Source of the DNA: Pecten maximus
Lineage: Eukaryota
Assembly: GCF_902652985.1 (NCBI RefSeq)
Contig: NC_047019.1
Span: 14,318,097 to 14,382,096, forward strand
Direction: 5' to 3'
DNA: 64,000 nt
A program made the position numbers and the translations under genes. Numbering within the stretch: position 1 is the stretch's first letter; each line of letters opens with the position of its first letter. The notes beneath the pieces are model-generated. The model searched no databases and had not been told where the DNA came from. It worked only from the letters and a program-made list of their open reading frames with translations. Shown piece by piece: positions 62,348 to 64,000 of this stretch.

Positions 62348-64000
62348 GTATCTGATTGAATGTAAATTGAAATAAAAGTGGATCAGCTAATTTCTTCTTA
62401 GAATTTTTTACTTTTTTATTCGTGAATCTCTATATATAATATGGCATTGAGGTATTGCGTGTATGACGGTATAGGTTGCTGGAATCCTTACTAATTGTAT
62501 GGCGTTGGTGGGGTGTAAAGATAGGCTCCATATGGATTTCCCACTAGTTCCCCACTTATTTTTTTTGCAAATTAGTGCGTTGTATTATCTCAATCTAATA
62601 AATGTCGTTATCAAATATTGAGTACTGACATTTTGTCCCTTTATTTCTTTAAGTGTTTGAGAGGAAAATGACACAAGTTTTAACATTCCTTTATAGTATG
62701 ATCTCATGAATTACTGAAATATTCAATGTATGATTGACCAGTTTTGAGAAATATTTATATTACATTTATAATTTTCCACTTGTAACTGCCTTTTCATTTA
62801 CCGATGTCTTTCAAAATCTGTAAAATTGGTACTTGCTGTCTTACGTTCATCTTTAAAAAGAACTAGTTTCCTCATTGTCAGGATAATGTGGTGATCGGAT
62901 CGAATGGTGTCTAGTTTATGATATTTCAGTGTGGTAGCACTTTAGAAAGCGTTGATTGACTACTCCTTCAGATAGGCCGTAAGGATTCGTAAGAGGCGAC
63001 TATAATTGTGACATTATCTTTTTCTTCTTCCCTAAATATTTCTTCACTTTGTGTCCATCGTTTGAAAGCTTTGGCCGTATACCTCAGTGAGATGGCACTG
63101 TAGAATCGGCATCAGGTTTCTATTAGGAACAAACGAATGTACCCCAGCCTCCTCTAGACCCATGAATTCAACACGACTCTCTTTTGGCAAACGCATATGA
63201 AGTCCCTAAATGACCGTTGGTATTGATTAAACGTTAATATTTAACCAAACTAATTATTGATGAAATTATCAATCTGATATATGTTATTGCAAAGACTCAA
63301 AATCTTATGCATCCAGTAAACAAATTAGTCCGAGGCATAGGTAGTTAAACGTTAATCAACTTCATTCCTATTAAATGAGTAGTGTTTGTATAAGCTGCTT
63401 GAACACAAACAAAAACAAGAAGTATAAGTACTACAAAACACACTAATTAGATACCATCACATTTACTAAAACAATAAGGGATTACCGACGTATTAACTCA
63501 GAAAGATCAAATAAAGGCAAATATTGATAATATATAACTTCAGCACGAACTGTAAAAACCACATGAATACCAAGACGAGGTGTTTCGGAAGAGAAAGCGT
63601 CATCTGCTTCATCGACGTTCTTGTACAGAATGTGTATATGATTGATATATCAAACAAATCAATTGTTTCGAAGATTGTTTTATTGATAAAATGAAGGAAT
63701 GTTCAGTTGCAACCATATACTTCCACTCTCAGCCCAGGCTGGCCTCCTGTATGCCACAGTTTTGGGTGAAAGCGGACGAATCTGGCCTGTACTGGTGCCC
63801 TAAAGTCGTGCTTAATCACAAGGTCGTAACTTGCACTGGCGGAAAAGGTCTACAAACAAAAATATTGCACTGAGTACTTTTGAAGATTTACACCAATTCT
63901 ATACGCTATTTTGAAAATTCTTACAACGTTACTTTTATTTAACGCAAACTTTTTAATGGAAACATGACATCGTATGCTCGTGAAGATAATGAAATGTTAA

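Overview
This window is eukaryotic nuclear DNA, AT-rich, with GT-AG introns and no prokaryotic gene density. About two-thirds of it is repeat: long tandem arrays (minisatellites and satellites) and mobile elements. Its architecture of a ~170-bp satellite carried inside a mobile element resembles bivalve (oyster-like) genomes, but I cannot verify that from sequence alone. Three genes are supported. The first is a plus-strand multi-exon host gene at 1319-39986, encoding an acidic, proline-rich protein with phase-consistent GT-AG exons; its introns are packed with satellites and transposable elements (TEs). The second is a minus-strand 7-exon gene for a transposase-like protein of about 691 aa at 43873-48043, lying inside a 5.6-kb DNA transposon bounded by perfect 31-bp terminal inverted repeats (TIRs). 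The third is a plus-strand gene starting at 55861 for a secreted protein with cadherin-like/He_PIG, EGF and discoidin (F5/8 type C) exons. Mobile elements are as follows. A near-intact non-LTR retrotransposon (LINE) at 8455-13953 has a gag-like ORF1 (CCHC knuckles) and an ORF2 (AP endonuclease (APE), reverse transcriptase (RT), RNase H) broken by a single in-frame stop; it is followed directly by a satellite-bearing module, and the whole 8461-16077 unit is flanked by a 10-bp direct repeat. A family of at least 6 non-autonomous satellite-carrier elements shares a 5' TTAG(C/G)TCACC hairpin plus GTCC repeats and a 3' ...GGGCCTCTTGTT terminus, and carries different internal satellites (155-bp, ~170-bp, ~360-bp units). 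There is also an internally deleted pogo/Tc1-like DNA transposon with TA target-site duplication (TSD), a CR1/L2-like LINE fragment with an internal inverted duplication, and a LINE ORF2 C-terminal fragment whose 3'UTR repeat recurs twice elsewhere. Many six-frame ORFs in the track are artifacts of tandem-repeat periodicity. All coordinates are approximate to +-2 bp.
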